From Bacillota bacterium (GTDB lineage Bacteria; Bacillota; Sulfobacillia; JAJYWN01; JAJZPE01), in NCBI GenBank assembly GCA_036504675.1, contig DASXUT010000147.1:10545-74544 (forward strand): DNA of 64,000 nt, in the 5' to 3' direction. Shown piece after piece: positions 37,934-47,563 of this stretch. Under the pieces are notes generated by a model that had not been told where the DNA came from, made no database searches, and saw nothing but the letters and a program-made list of their open reading frames with translations. Made by a program: the position numbers and the translations under genes. Within the stretch, counting starts at the first letter, position 1. Every line of letters starts with the position of its first letter.

Positions 37934-39111
37934 CACCGGTCCACCTCCCCGAGAACGATGTCCACGCTGGCGATGGTGGCCACCGCGTCGGCCAGTTTGT
38001 ACCCCGTCGCGGTGGTCGGGATGACCTGCAGGTTGGCAAAGGTCGGCGCCCGCCAGTGTAGCCGGTACGGGTTGGCCGAGCCGTCGGAGACGATGTACAC
38101 GGCGTTGGCCCCCCGCGGGGCCTCGGTCAGCGAGTAAACCTCGCCGGCCGGCGGCTTGATCACCTTGGGCACCTTGGCCATCACCTCTCCGCCCGGGAGG
38201 CCGTCCAGGCACTGCTCGATGATCCCCAGGCTCTGGCGGATCTCCAGCATCCGACAGATGTACCGGTCGTAGATATCGCCTGTCTTCCCGACCGGGACCT
38301 CGAAGGCAAGTCTGTCATAGATGAGATAGGGCTGGGCCCGCCGGACATCATAGGCCACCCCCGACCCGCGCAGGTTCGGCCCGGTGGCCGAGAGGGCGAT
38401 GGCCTGATCGGCCGTGAGCACGCCGACCCTCTTGGTCCGGGCCTCGAAGATCGGGTTGCCGGTGAGAATATCGTCGTACTCCTTGATCCGTTCCCGCATG
38501 ACCTTCAAGAACTCGCGGCACTTCGGGGTGAACTCCGGCGGCAGGTCGTTCCTGACCCCGCCGATCCGCATGTAGCTGTAGGTCAGCCGGGCCCCGGTGA
38601 CCATCTCGAAGAGGCGCAGGATCGACTCCCGCTCGCGCAGGCCATAGACAAACATGGTCACCGCGCCCAGGTCGGTGCCGAAGGCCCCCAGCCAGATCAG
38701 GTGACTGGCGATCCGCTGCAACTCGGCGAACATGACCCGGATGGAGGCGGCCCGCTCCGGCACCTCCAGGCCGAGGAGCCTCTCCACACCAAGCACGTAG
38801 GTCAGTTCGTTGGCCATCGCCGCGGTGTAGTCGAGGCGGTCGGCCATCGGGACGAACTGGGGATAAGTCCAGCCCTCGGCGATTTTCTCGACCCCCCGGT
38901 GGAGGTAGCCGATATCGGGATAGGCACCGGTGACGGTCTCCCCGGACAGCCTCAGGACTACCCGGAGGACCCCGTGGGTGGCCGGGTGCTGAGGGCCCAT
39001 GTTGATGACGACCTCTTCACCATGGAGGTCGCCCGTGACCACGTCTCTAAGCTCCGGCTTCTCGCCGCCGGTGGCCAACCTGAAGTCTTCGAGTTCGGGC
39101 ATCTCATCCAC
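37933..39111 (-). CDS. nuoD: NADH-quinone oxidoreductase subunit D (49 kDa)
   Basis: 392 aa, family match. Confidence 0.9.
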   Translation of the reverse strand: MDEMPELEDFRLATGGEKPELRDVVTGDLHGEEVVINMGPQHPATHGVLRVVLRLSGETVTGAYPDIGYLHRGVEKIAEGWTYPQFVPMADRLDYTAAMANELTYVLGVERLLGLEVPERAASIRVMFAELQRIASHLIWLGAFGTDLGAVTMFVYGLRERESILRLFEMVTGARLTYSYMRIGGVRNDLPPEFTPKCREFLKVMRERIKEYDDILTGNPIFEARTKRVGVLTADQAIALSATGPNLRGSGVAYDVRRAQPYLIYDRLAFEVPVGKTGDIYDRYICRMLEIRQSLGIIEQCLDGLPGGEVMAKVPKVIKPPAGEVYSLTEAPRGANAVYIVSDGSANPYRLHWRAPTFANLQVIPTTATGYKLADAVATIASVDIVLGEVDR

Positions 39112-39122
39112 CTCGGTTCCGG

Positions 39123-39560
39123 CTAGTGCCGGCGAGCTACGCGCTCGCGCTTGGGTCGTTCATCGACGAAGTCCTTCCGCAGCGGATGCCCGACGAAGCC
39201 CTCGCGAGTCATGATCCGGCGCAGGTCGGGATGGCCCTCGAAGTCGACCCCGAAAAGGTCCCAGACCTCACGCTCGAACCAGTTGGCCCCCGGCCAGATC
39301 GGGGTGACGCTGGCGACGACCGGCCGGTCCCGGTCGACCTCGGTCTTGACCCGGACGGCCCGCGGTCCCTGGGCGGCCCGGGGGTCGCTCCCCGGACTCA
39401 GGGGCAACAGGTGCACGACGACCTCGATGACCCCGCGGTCTTTCCAATCCACGGCAGTCAGGTCGGACAGGTGGTTCAAACCGTCCTGGCGCAAGGCCCG
39501 CATGGTCTCGAGGTATTTGGCCGGTTCGACTTTGATCTCTTCCCAGGTGGGCGTGATCAT
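39123..39560 (-). CDS. nuoC: NADH-quinone oxidoreductase subunit C (30 kDa; start at Met139 of track ORF, ATGA overlap with nuoB stop)
   Basis: [39 protein letters not shown]... Confidence 0.8.
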   Translation of the reverse strand: MITPTWEEIKVEPAKYLETMRALRQDGLNHLSDLTAVDWKDRGVIEVVVHLLPLSPGSDPRAAQGPRAVRVKTEVDRDRPVVASVTPIWPGANWFEREVWDLFGVDFEGHPDLRRIMTREGFVGHPLRKDFVDERPKRERVARRH

Positions 39561-40132
39561 GGACGAGCCTCCTTGCCCTTGCTCTCCGGGATACCCTGCT
39601 TGCGGATCTTCTCCTGAAGCTTGAGGATGCCGTAATAGAGCGCTTCGGGGCGCGGCGGGCAGCCCGGGACGTAGACGTCGACCGGGATGACCTTGTCCAC
39701 CCCGAGCACGGTGTTGTAACCCCCGGCGAACGGCCCCCCCGAGATGGCGCAGGAGCCGAGGGCGATGACGTAGCGAGGCTCGGCCATCTGCTCCCAGAGC
39801 TGCCGGATGCGGGGGGCCATCTTCTCGGTCACCGTCCCGGCCACGAACATCACGTCGGCTTGCCTTGGCGAAGCCCGGAAGAACAAACCGAGACGGTCGA
39901 GATCGAAATGGGCCGCGCCGGCGGCCATGATGTCCTCGACCGCGCAACAGGCCAGACCAAAGGTCAGATACCAAAGCGAGTTCCGACGGCCCCAGTTGAT
40001 GACCTTCTGCAACTGGGTGGTGACGACCCCCGGGAGGTGATGGCCGAGGACGAAGTCACTGCCCTTGGGGGTGGGTTCGGCCGCAGGCTTGCCCGTGGGG
40101 TTGGCCGCGGGTTCGGCCGTCTTCAGATCCAT
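39557..40132 (-). CDS. nuoB: NADH-quinone oxidoreductase subunit B (20 kDa, N2 cluster)
   Basis: GLACCAVE ... GSCAISGG ... [10 protein letters not shown] cysteine motifs. Confidence 0.9.
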   Translation of the reverse strand: MDLKTAEPAANPTGKPAAEPTPKGSDFVLGHHLPGVVTTQLQKVINWGRRNSLWYLTFGLACCAVEDIMAAGAAHFDLDRLGLFFRASPRQADVMFVAGTVTEKMAPRIRQLWEQMAEPRYVIALGSCAISGGPFAGGYNTVLGVDKVIPVDVYVPGCPPRPEALYYGILKLQEKIRKQGIPESKGKEARP

Positions 40133-40476
40133 TCGAGCACCCTCTTCTTCCAGGCGTAGACCAGGCCGACGACGAGGATGCCCAGGAAGATGAGCATCTC
40201 GCCGAGGCCGAACAGCCCCAGCTGTCGGAACATGACGGCCCAGGGGTATAGGAAGATACTCTCGACATCGAAGACCACGAAGACCAGGGCGAACACGTAG
40301 TACCTGATGTTAAAGCGGATCCGCGCGTCGCCGAAGGGGACCTCACCGCATTCGTAGGGGTCGCGCTTACGCGGGTCCGGGTAGGTCGGCCGCAAGAGCC
40401 AGGCCATGCCCATACCAGCAGCCACGACGATGACCCCGGCGATGAGGAAGATGGCGACGTTCACCCAATTGACCAT
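40123..40476 (-). CDS. nuoA: NADH-quinone oxidoreductase subunit A
   Basis: 117 aa, 3 TM, first gene of operon; AT-rich probable promoter region 40580-40700 upstream. Confidence 0.9.
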   Translation of the reverse strand: MVNWVNVAIFLIAGVIVVAAGMGMAWLLRPTYPDPRKRDPYECGEVPFGDARIRFNIRYYVFALVFVVFDVESIFLYPWAVMFRQLGLFGLGEMLIFLGILVVGLVYAWKKRVLEWI

Positions 40477-40744
40477 GACTGTGCCTCCCGTGCCGAATGG
40501 GCTCCGGCGGGCGTGATATCTCGACTAGCCGATCTGGCGCCGGCGAGGTGCGGGACCCCCCGCTCAGCGGACTGTCGATTCCAAAAGATAGTCCACTTGT
40601 GAAAATATTCGCTAGCAAAACCCTACATTGGTTCTTCATCCAGAAATTCATTTCCTGCCGAAATCCGAATGTCCCAATTGTGGAATTAATCGGGCGGATT
40701 CGGACGGCCGGGGGTCATTTTTGGAGACCAGGCTTGCCGCCCTG

Positions 40745-41200
40745 CTATTCCGCGGTCTGGTCGGGGGAAGGGGGCTCGCCGGGGGAAGGGGGCCCATCGG
40801 CGTCCCGGCTCTTCTCGGTCCCCGGCCCTGCCGCTTCCATCGCCCGCGCGGTCACCTTGTTGGCGAACTCCAACCAGTCGGTCACCGCCTCGCTTTGAAT
40901 CCGCTGGATGTCGGCCATCAACTGGTCGAAGCGGTACTCGGCGGCGGTGAAGGCGACGATATCCGGGTGCATGCTTATTATCTCCGCCAACCTGCGCAGT
41001 TGACTGAGCTTTTCCTCGGCCGGCTGCTGCCCCATCATCTGGGCCGCCTGAAGCTCCAGCTCGCGTCGGCGGAAGTCGAAAAACATGTCGGCCGCGGTCT
41101 GGTTGGCCTCGAGCTTCTTCATCTCGGCCAGGAACGCACGGTACTCATCGGATTCGGCGACGGCCTTGGCCAACTGGTGGGCGACGTCGTAGACGTTCAT
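40745..41200 (-). CDS. YlbF/YmcA (Com_YlbF) family regulatory protein (start at internal Met; track ORF extension overlaps MFS gene)
   Basis: MNVYDVAHQLAKAVAESDEYRAFLAEMKKLEANQ... ; AAGGGAGG SD 7 nt upstream of ATG 41200. Confidence 0.6.
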   Translation of the reverse strand: MNVYDVAHQLAKAVAESDEYRAFLAEMKKLEANQTAADMFFDFRRRELELQAAQMMGQQPAEEKLSQLRRLAEIISMHPDIVAFTAAEYRFDQLMADIQRIQSEAVTDWLEFANKVTARAMEAAGPGTEKSRDADGPPSPGEPPSPDQTAE

Positions 41201-41217
41201 CGATTGACCTCCCTTGA

Positions 41218-42432
41218 CTAGATCAGAACGGCCAGGGCGACGGCGGCAAGGAGACCCATGACCCCTCCGAAGTAGAACGGGGCCACCGGGCCGAAGGCGG
41301 ACCACATCAGGCCGGCCAGGAGCGAGGCCGGCAAGAGGGCGATCCCGACGAGGGTGGCGTGGAGGCCGATCATCGTCGCCCGCAGGTTGCCCGGGGCGAT
41401 ATCGGTGACGAAGGCTTTCTCGACGCCCTCGCTGAGGCCGATGTAGACCCCGTAGAGGATGAACAGGCCCCAGTAAAACGGCAGGTGCTTGACCACGGCG
41501 AAACCGATGTAGACCAGGCCGTAGAAGGTGTAGCCGGCGACCAGGAGGGCCTTGCGGCCGATCCGGTCGGAGAGCCGGCCGGCCGGATAGGAGACAAGGG
41601 CGTAGGTCAGGTTGTAGGCCACGTAGAGAAGGATGACCGTCTCGGCCGAGAAGCCGACGTTGCCCGCCCGCAACAGCAGGAATTGATTGGACGAGTTGCC
41701 CAGGGTGAAGACGGAGGCGATGATCAGGAAGGCCTTCAGCCGCCGGTCCAGGGCGGACCACTTGAACGAGAGGTCCTTGGCCAGACTGCGCTGGACCCCC
41801 GGCTCCCGGGCCAGGGACAGGGCGATGACGCCGATGAAGGCGGGCACCAGCGACCACAGGAAGACCGGGCGGAAGTCACCCTTGTAGCGGGTCAGGAACC
41901 AAAACCCGAGGAGCGAGCCGATGGTCGCCCCGGTGGTGTCGAGGAGGCGGTGGAGGCCGAAGGCTCGGCCGCGCTGCTCGGGCCGGATGGTGTCGGCGAT
42001 CATCGCGTCCCGCGGGGCCGTCCGAACGCCCTTGCCGAAGCGGTCGATGACCCGAGAGACCAAGACCAACGGCCACGACCCGGCGGCATAAAGGAAGACC
42101 TTGCCGATGGTCGAGCCGACGTAGCCGCCGATGGCCAGGGGCTTGCGCCGCCCGGTCCGGTCGGAGAGGTGGCCCGAGAAGACCTTCAGCAGGCTGGCCA
42201 GACTCTCGGCGATGCCTTCGATGACTCCGACGATGGCCGGCCCGGCCCCCAGCTTGGCCACGAGGAACAAGGGGATGAGCGGATAGACCATCTCCGAGCT
42301 GATGTCGGTCAGCAGGCTGGTCAGGCCGAGGACGTAGACGTTGTAGAAGCTGCCCGGCCGGAGCCGACCCTTGGGCTGATCGCCGGGCCGGTCATTTGGC
42401 CGTTCATCGGGTTTACCGTGATTGGTCTCCAT
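41218..42432 (-). CDS. MFS transporter
   Basis: 404 aa, 12 TM, MFS signature GRLSDRIGRK. Confidence 0.8.
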   Translation of the reverse strand: METNHGKPDERPNDRPGDQPKGRLRPGSFYNVYVLGLTSLLTDISSEMVYPLIPLFLVAKLGAGPAIVGVIEGIAESLASLLKVFSGHLSDRTGRRKPLAIGGYVGSTIGKVFLYAAGSWPLVLVSRVIDRFGKGVRTAPRDAMIADTIRPEQRGRAFGLHRLLDTTGATIGSLLGFWFLTRYKGDFRPVFLWSLVPAFIGVIALSLAREPGVQRSLAKDLSFKWSALDRRLKAFLIIASVFTLGNSSNQFLLLRAGNVGFSAETVILLYVAYNLTYALVSYPAGRLSDRIGRKALLVAGYTFYGLVYIGFAVVKHLPFYWGLFILYGVYIGLSEGVEKAFVTDIAPGNLRATMIGLHATLVGIALLPASLLAGLMWSAFGPVAPFYFGGVMGLLAAVALAVLI

Positions 42433-42441
42433 ACGGGCTTG

Positions 42442-43365
42442 TTATTCCCCCTTGGTCGGCCCTATCCTCCCGGTCGGGTCGGCCCGGACCGGATTCCTCA
42501 GGACCCCCAACCCCTCGATCTCGACCTCAACCGTATCACCGGGGAGAATCGGGGCGATCCCCTCCGGCGTCCCGGTGGCGATGAGGTCGCCGGGCTCGAG
42601 GGTCATCAGGTTCGAGACGGCTTCGATGATCTGCGGAATCCTGTGGACCATGGCTCCGGTGGTCGCGCCCTGGCGGACCTCTCCGTTGACGATCAACCTG
42701 AGCCGCAGGGCATGCGGGTTGGCCACCTCGTCCTTGGTCACCAGGTACGGCCCGAGCGGCCCGAAGGTGTCCAGCCCCTTGCCCCTGAACCAGGGCCACG
42801 AGCGGCCCGAATCGGCCCACTGGATTTCCCGGGCGCTGACGTCGTTCATGATGGTGTACCCGACAACGTGGTCCATGGCCCGGTGGGCCGGTACTCGGCG
42901 GGCCGTCCGGCCGATCACCGCCACCAGCTCACCCTCGGGGTCAACCCGCCCGATGCCATCCGGCAGGAGGATGGCTTCACCGTCGGCAATCAGCGACGAA
43001 GTCGCTTTGGCGAAGTAGATCGGCTCCTCGGGCACCGCCCGGCCGCGCTCGGCGGCGTGGGCCGCGTAGTTGCGGACCATGGCGACGACCTTCCCCGGCC
43101 GTCTGACCGGGATCCGCTTCGCGTACCCCACCGGAACAGCCAGTTCCCGGAACCCCGCATCGTCGAGCTCGGCGAGCAGGCGGCCGGCGGCCAGGACGAA
43201 CTCCTCATCGGCGGCGATCGCCACGGGGTCGGGTGCGGGCGGGGAAAAACCCGCCGGGAGGGGGATCCCCCCGCGGCGGGCCAGTCCGGCCAGATCGACC
43301 AGTCCTTTGCGCGATGAGGCGACGACGAATGTCCCCGTCCCGCGATTGATGGTAGCCAGCTTCAT
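42442..43365 (-). CDS. fumarylacetoacetate hydrolase (FAH) family protein (start at Met20; ATGA overlap with AOR stop)
   Basis: FAH fold motifs ...NYAAHAAE... GTPEGI... Confidence 0.8.
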   Translation of the reverse strand: MKLATINRGTGTFVVASSRKGLVDLAGLARRGGIPLPAGFSPPAPDPVAIAADEEFVLAAGRLLAELDDAGFRELAVPVGYAKRIPVRRPGKVVAMVRNYAAHAAERGRAVPEEPIYFAKATSSLIADGEAILLPDGIGRVDPEGELVAVIGRTARRVPAHRAMDHVVGYTIMNDVSAREIQWADSGRSWPWFRGKGLDTFGPLGPYLVTKDEVANPHALRLRLIVNGEVRQGATTGAMVHRIPQIIEAVSNLMTLEPGDLIATGTPEGIAPILPGDTVEVEIEGLGVLRNPVRADPTGRIGPTKGE

Positions 43366-45269
43366 CCTTTGACCCTTCGTCGGCCGGTCGGGGCCTTGGT
43401 CGACAGGTACCCCGCGACCCATTCCAGGCCCAGTTCCTCCAGCTTACCGGGGGTCGGCACGCCCGAAGAACGGTCCCAGCCCATCATGGCGTAGTATTCG
43501 CGCTTGGCCCCCCTGGCAAGCTCGGGGGAGAGCCGGCGCTCGGCCAGCGGACCGTTGCCCAGGTTCTGATGGAACCGCCGGGGCAGCTTCTCGTCGGCCG
43601 GCTTGAGGCCTTCCCTGAGGTTGAAGAGGCGGGTGAGGTTGGCCGCCCGCTCGCCGATCAAGGACAGTTCGAGAAGGGAGGTCTGCCAACCGGTGGCCGC
43701 CCGGACCAACTCCACCTGATCGGCGAAGGTCCAGTTGACGAACTCGCATAGGCCGAGGGAATTGATCGTGTGGCGGAGGTCGACGAACCGCTTGAGGAGC
43801 CTGATCTTGCGGGGCGAGAGCTCGTCCGTCGGCATCGGCTCGAGGACACCCAGGCAGGCCACGGAGTCGACCCGCTTGGCGTAGATCGTGTCGTGGATGT
43901 TGTGACAATGGTCGGCGCCCGTGGGCGAGACCATGTAGCCCACGCCCAAGCCGTATTTGAGCCGAGGCTCGTGCATCGGGATCTCCTGCCCGCGGACGTG
44001 CATGGCCAGGGCCCTGGCCCGCGGGCCGAGCTTCTCGGCGGCCCGGGCGACGCCCTCGGCGAGGAGGTCTCCGAGGCCGAGCCGATGGGCGATCCGCTCA
44101 ACCATCTCGACCAGGGCCGCCCCGTTGCCGAAGCGGAGGTCCAGGCCGCCGGTGTCCTTGGCGGTCAGGATGCCCCGCTCATAGCACTCCATGGCGAAGG
44201 CGATGACCACCCCGGTGGAGATGGTGTCGAGGACATAGGCGTTGCAGAGCTCGGCGGCCTTGCAGACGGCGACGAGGTCGTCGACGCCGCAAAGCGAGCC
44301 CAGGGCGGCCAGGGTCTCATACTCTGGGCCGCCGTAGTGCGGGTCGACCGCGAAGGGCCCCTGGCCCTCCTTGACTTCGACCACCCGCTTGCAGTTCGTG
44401 GCGCAGGCGTAGCAGGAATCCCGGCCGATCAGGAGGGTGTCGCGGAGGGTCTTGCCGTCGATCTTGGCCGCCCCTTCAAAGGAGCCGTCCTTGAAGTTGC
44501 GGGTCGGGAGGCCGCCGGCGGCGTTCAGGGCGCCGACGATGTAGGTCGTCCCGAGGTCCGTGAAGCCCCGCTCCTTGGCGTGGATCTGCTCGCTCATGGC
44601 CTTGGCCATCTGCTTCAACTGCTCGGGGTCGGCCGACTCATACTTCGCCCGCCCGCGAACGGCCACCGCCCGCAGCCGCTTGGAACCCATCACCGCGCCC
44701 ATCCCGCTGCGGCCGTAGAAGTGGGTGACGTCGTTGGAGACGGCGGCGAACCTGACCTTGTTCTCCCCGGCCAGGCCGCACTGGGCCACGCGGACCAGGG
44801 GGTCGCCCAGCTCGGCCCGGATGGTCTCCTGAACGTCGAAGGCCTTCATCCTGGCGAGCTTCCGGGCGTCTCTCAGCTCGGCCGCGCCGTCGTGGACCCA
44901 CAGGTAGACGGGGGCCTTCGCCCGCCCTTCGACGATGATGGCATCGAAGCCGGCCTTCTTGAGCTCCGGGCCGAAGTACCCGCCGGCCTCCGCGTCGCCG
45001 AACCCGCCGGTGAGGGGCGACTTGGCCCCCACCGAGTTGCGGCCGCTCCCGGCGACCGGAGCCCCGGTCAGCAAGCCGGCCGCGAAGATGAGCTTGTTGG
45101 CCGGTCCGAGGGGATCGACTCCGGCCTTCAATTCGCGAAAGAGACAGTCGGCGATGAAACCACGGCCGCCCAGGTTGGTGCGGTAGAAGTTGGGCCCGGG
45201 GGTCTCGATGTTGGTGGCCCCGGTGCTGAGGTTGACCCGAAGGATCTTACCGGCATAGCCGTTCGGCAC
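43362..45269 (-). CDS. tungsten-containing aldehyde:ferredoxin oxidoreductase (AOR family)
   Basis: 635 aa; AOR N-domain and pterin-binding C-domains, Cys ligands for [4Fe-4S]. Confidence 0.9.
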   Translation of the reverse strand: MPNGYAGKILRVNLSTGATNIETPGPNFYRTNLGGRGFIADCLFRELKAGVDPLGPANKLIFAAGLLTGAPVAGSGRNSVGAKSPLTGGFGDAEAGGYFGPELKKAGFDAIIVEGRAKAPVYLWVHDGAAELRDARKLARMKAFDVQETIRAELGDPLVRVAQCGLAGENKVRFAAVSNDVTHFYGRSGMGAVMGSKRLRAVAVRGRAKYESADPEQLKQMAKAMSEQIHAKERGFTDLGTTYIVGALNAAGGLPTRNFKDGSFEGAAKIDGKTLRDTLLIGRDSCYACATNCKRVVEVKEGQGPFAVDPHYGGPEYETLAALGSLCGVDDLVAVCKAAELCNAYVLDTISTGVVIAFAMECYERGILTAKDTGGLDLRFGNGAALVEMVERIAHRLGLGDLLAEGVARAAEKLGPRARALAMHVRGQEIPMHEPRLKYGLGVGYMVSPTGADHCHNIHDTIYAKRVDSVACLGVLEPMPTDELSPRKIRLLKRFVDLRHTINSLGLCEFVNWTFADQVELVRAATGWQTSLLELSLIGERAANLTRLFNLREGLKPADEKLPRRFHQNLGNGPLAERRLSPELARGAKREYYAMMGWDRSSGVPTPGKLEELGLEWVAGYLSTKAPTGRRRVKG

Positions 45270-45295
45270 GTCAGTGACCTCCTCGTTCGATGGTT

Positions 45296-45538
45296 TCAGC
45301 CGCCGGCCACGGGGGCGAATACGTTGACCAGATCGCCGTCGGCGAGGGTCTGGTCCGGCTCGGCCAGGGCCTCGTTGACGCTGACCATCCAGACCTCGTT
45401 GTCCGGCAGGCCGACCAGCTTCAAGAGGTCGGTCACCCGGCTCCCCTCAGGCAGGTGGAAATCGACCGCCTGGCGACCTTGCGGGAAGAATCGCCGCAGG
45501 TTGCCGAAGGCCTGGGCGTGGACGGTGATCAAGGTCAT
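45296..45538 (-). CDS. MoaD/ThiS-family small sulfur-carrier-like protein (C-terminal GG), AOR partner
   Basis: 80 aa ending ...VNVFAPVAGG; track ORF N-extension is low-complexity; ATGA overlap with upstream GNAT stop. Confidence 0.7.
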   Translation of the reverse strand: MTLITVHAQAFGNLRRFFPQGRQAVDFHLPEGSRVTDLLKLVGLPDNEVWMVSVNEALAEPDQTLADGDLVNVFAPVAGG

Positions 45539-45984
45539 TCCTCCCGCGGGTCCCGGGCCATCCAGGCGGTCTGGTAGGCCTTGAAACCAAGCCGTTCGAA
45601 GAATGGGACGACGTCTCCCCCCGCGCTGACCATGAAGAGCACCTCGGGGTAGGACGTCGTGAGCATCTCGACCAGCCGGCGTCCGAGGCCGCGCCGCCAG
45701 TACTGCGGCCGGACCGCCACGTTGTTGACGTAGCCGATGAAGGCCCCGTCGGTCAGGCAGCGGGCAAAGCCAACCAAGAGCAGGCCGTCCCAAACCGAAG
45801 CGACCAGGCTCGAGCCGGCGATCAGCCGGCCCAGCCGGGCCAGGTCTTCCGGGCCGGCCTCCTCGGGGCCGCGGCGCCAACCGACGGCTCGATAGAGATC
45901 GGCCAGTTGGGCCGGGGTCACGGCTTCGGCGCCCCGGACGAACCTGATCGGTCGATTGAGGGGAACCACCGCTCGCACGGACAT
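45535..45984 (-). CDS. GNAT-family acetyltransferase (start at Met40 of track ORF)
   Basis: NNVAVRPQYWRRGLGRRLVE acetyl-CoA motif. Confidence 0.65.
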   Translation of the reverse strand: MSVRAVVPLNRPIRFVRGAEAVTPAQLADLYRAVGWRRGPEEAGPEDLARLGRLIAGSSLVASVWDGLLLVGFARCLTDGAFIGYVNNVAVRPQYWRRGLGRRLVEMLTTSYPEVLFMVSAGGDVVPFFERLGFKAYQTAWMARDPREE

Positions 45985-46052
45985 CACCCAGTCAAACCCG
46001 GCGTAGGAACAAGGATTCGCGGCCGGACCCGGGGTTCCTCGTCCGCGGGCCG

Positions 46053-47282
46053 CTACTTCCGGGTGAAGACGACCTCGCCGTCGATGATGGTGTAAAGGCA
46101 ACTCGTGAAGTTGGAGAAGGGATGGCCGTCGAAGATGGCCAGGTCCGCGTCCTTGCCGGGTTCCAGGGAGCCGAGCCGGTCGCCGAGGCCGATGATCTCG
46201 GCGGCGTTGATGGTCACCGCCTTGAAGGCCTCCTCCTCGGGCATCCCCTCGCGGATCATGGTGCCGACATGGATGGGCAGGAAGCGCGTCCCCGAGAAGG
46301 CGTCGGCCTGGAGGGCCACCTTGACCCCGGCCTTGGCGCAGACGCCCGGGTTCTTCAGCGAGATGTCGTTCAACTCCATCTTGAAGCGTTCCAGGAAGAG
46401 CGGGCCGATGGTCGCCCTGACCTTCTTCCGGCCCAGGTAGTCGGCGATCTTGTAGCCCTCGGTGCAGTGCTCGATGACGTAATCGAGGTTGAACTCCTCG
46501 GCCACCCGGATGGCGGTCATGATGTCATCCGCCCGGTGGCAGTGGATGCGGGCCTTCATCTCCCGCTTCAGGACCTTGCCGAGAGCCTCGAACTTCAGGT
46601 CGCGGTCGGGGAGCTTCGGGGTGAACGGCCCCTTCGGCGCATCCTCGCCCTTCTTGGCCTTCTCCTCCGCCTCACGCTGCTTCTCGGCCGCGTCGGCCTT
46701 GGCCCGGTTGATGCTCTCCAGGTAGTTCTGGGCCTTGACCAACGATTCGCGCATCACCGCGGCGTTGCCCATCCGGGTTGAGGGGTAGCGCTTCTGCATC
46801 TGGCCGTAGACATTCTTGGGGTTCTCACCGAGGGCCATCTTCATCGCCTCGGTGCCGGGGATGACCATCTCCTCAGCCGTCCGGCCGCGGAGCTTGACGG
46901 CCATGCCGGTCCCGCCGATCACGTTGCCCGAGCCGGGGCCGGTGAAGACCGTGGTGAAGCCGGCGCTGCGGGCGTCGGGGACGGCCGGATCCTCGGGGTT
47001 GAGGGCGTCCAGCGCGCGGACCTGAGCCGTGTTCGGGTCGGTCATCTCATTCCCGTCGTCGTTCGCCCAGACGATCGGCTCGCCGAAGATGGCCAGGTGG
47101 CTGTGGGCGTCGATGAGCCCGGGCATGACCCACTTGCCGTCGGCGTCGATGACCTTCGCTCCGGTCGGGACCTCGATATCGGTCCCGACCGCGGCGATCT
47201 TGCCGTTGTCGATCAGGACGGTGCCCTTCTCGATGGTCCCCTGGGTGATCGTCAGGACCTTGCCGTTGGTGATGGCCAACAT
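46053..47282 (-). CDS. metal-dependent amidohydrolase family protein
   Basis: N-terminal beta-sandwich + HxH (IDAHSHL) metal motif; 409 aa. Confidence 0.8.
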   Translation of the reverse strand: MLAITNGKVLTITQGTIEKGTVLIDNGKIAAVGTDIEVPTGAKVIDADGKWVMPGLIDAHSHLAIFGEPIVWANDDGNEMTDPNTAQVRALDALNPEDPAVPDARSAGFTTVFTGPGSGNVIGGTGMAVKLRGRTAEEMVIPGTEAMKMALGENPKNVYGQMQKRYPSTRMGNAAVMRESLVKAQNYLESINRAKADAAEKQREAEEKAKKGEDAPKGPFTPKLPDRDLKFEALGKVLKREMKARIHCHRADDIMTAIRVAEEFNLDYVIEHCTEGYKIADYLGRKKVRATIGPLFLERFKMELNDISLKNPGVCAKAGVKVALQADAFSGTRFLPIHVGTMIREGMPEEEAFKAVTINAAEIIGLGDRLGSLEPGKDADLAIFDGHPFSNFTSCLYTIIDGEVVFTRK

Positions 47283-47306
47283 GCTAGAGCAATCCCTCCC
47301 CGCGAA

Positions 47307-47328
47307 GATTCGCTGGGCGAATGATTCG
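47307..47328. promoter_or_regulatory. palindromic candidate operator GATTCGC-TGG-GCGAATGATTCG in the 5' region of the amidohydrolase operon; second related site GGGCGAATGTATTCGCTGC at 47494-47512
   Basis: read directly; ATTCGC/GCGAAT inverted repeats. Confidence 0.35.
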
Positions 47329-47563
47329 ACCGTAAAGGGGCCAATTCCTGTCTTGCCGGACAGTCACTGGCCATGAAAACGGCAAGCCCGCCGGGCGGGT
47401 GAGGCGCGGCGGGCGAGGCATGGCGGCGGGGGGGGGGTGGGCGGGCGGGCGACGGGGCGGACGCCGCCCTGGGAGCCCGTGTTGGTAACTGAAGGGCGAA
47501 TGTATTCGCTGCATACCCGCGGAAGCGCCGACCATGCTACCGGGCACTGACCATGACTCAACG

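Noticed and set aside
40367-40651. 94-aa minus ORF overlapping nuoA 5' end and the upstream AT-rich region
   Set aside because: Overlaps nuoA in another frame; spans the AT-rich promoter region; no coding signature
40580-40700. Attempt to assign a sigma-A -35/-10 for the nuo operon in the AT-rich stretch (TTGCTA..., TATCTT, GAATAT candidates)
   Set aside because: No pair with acceptable spacing and consensus was found; reported only as a probable promoter region
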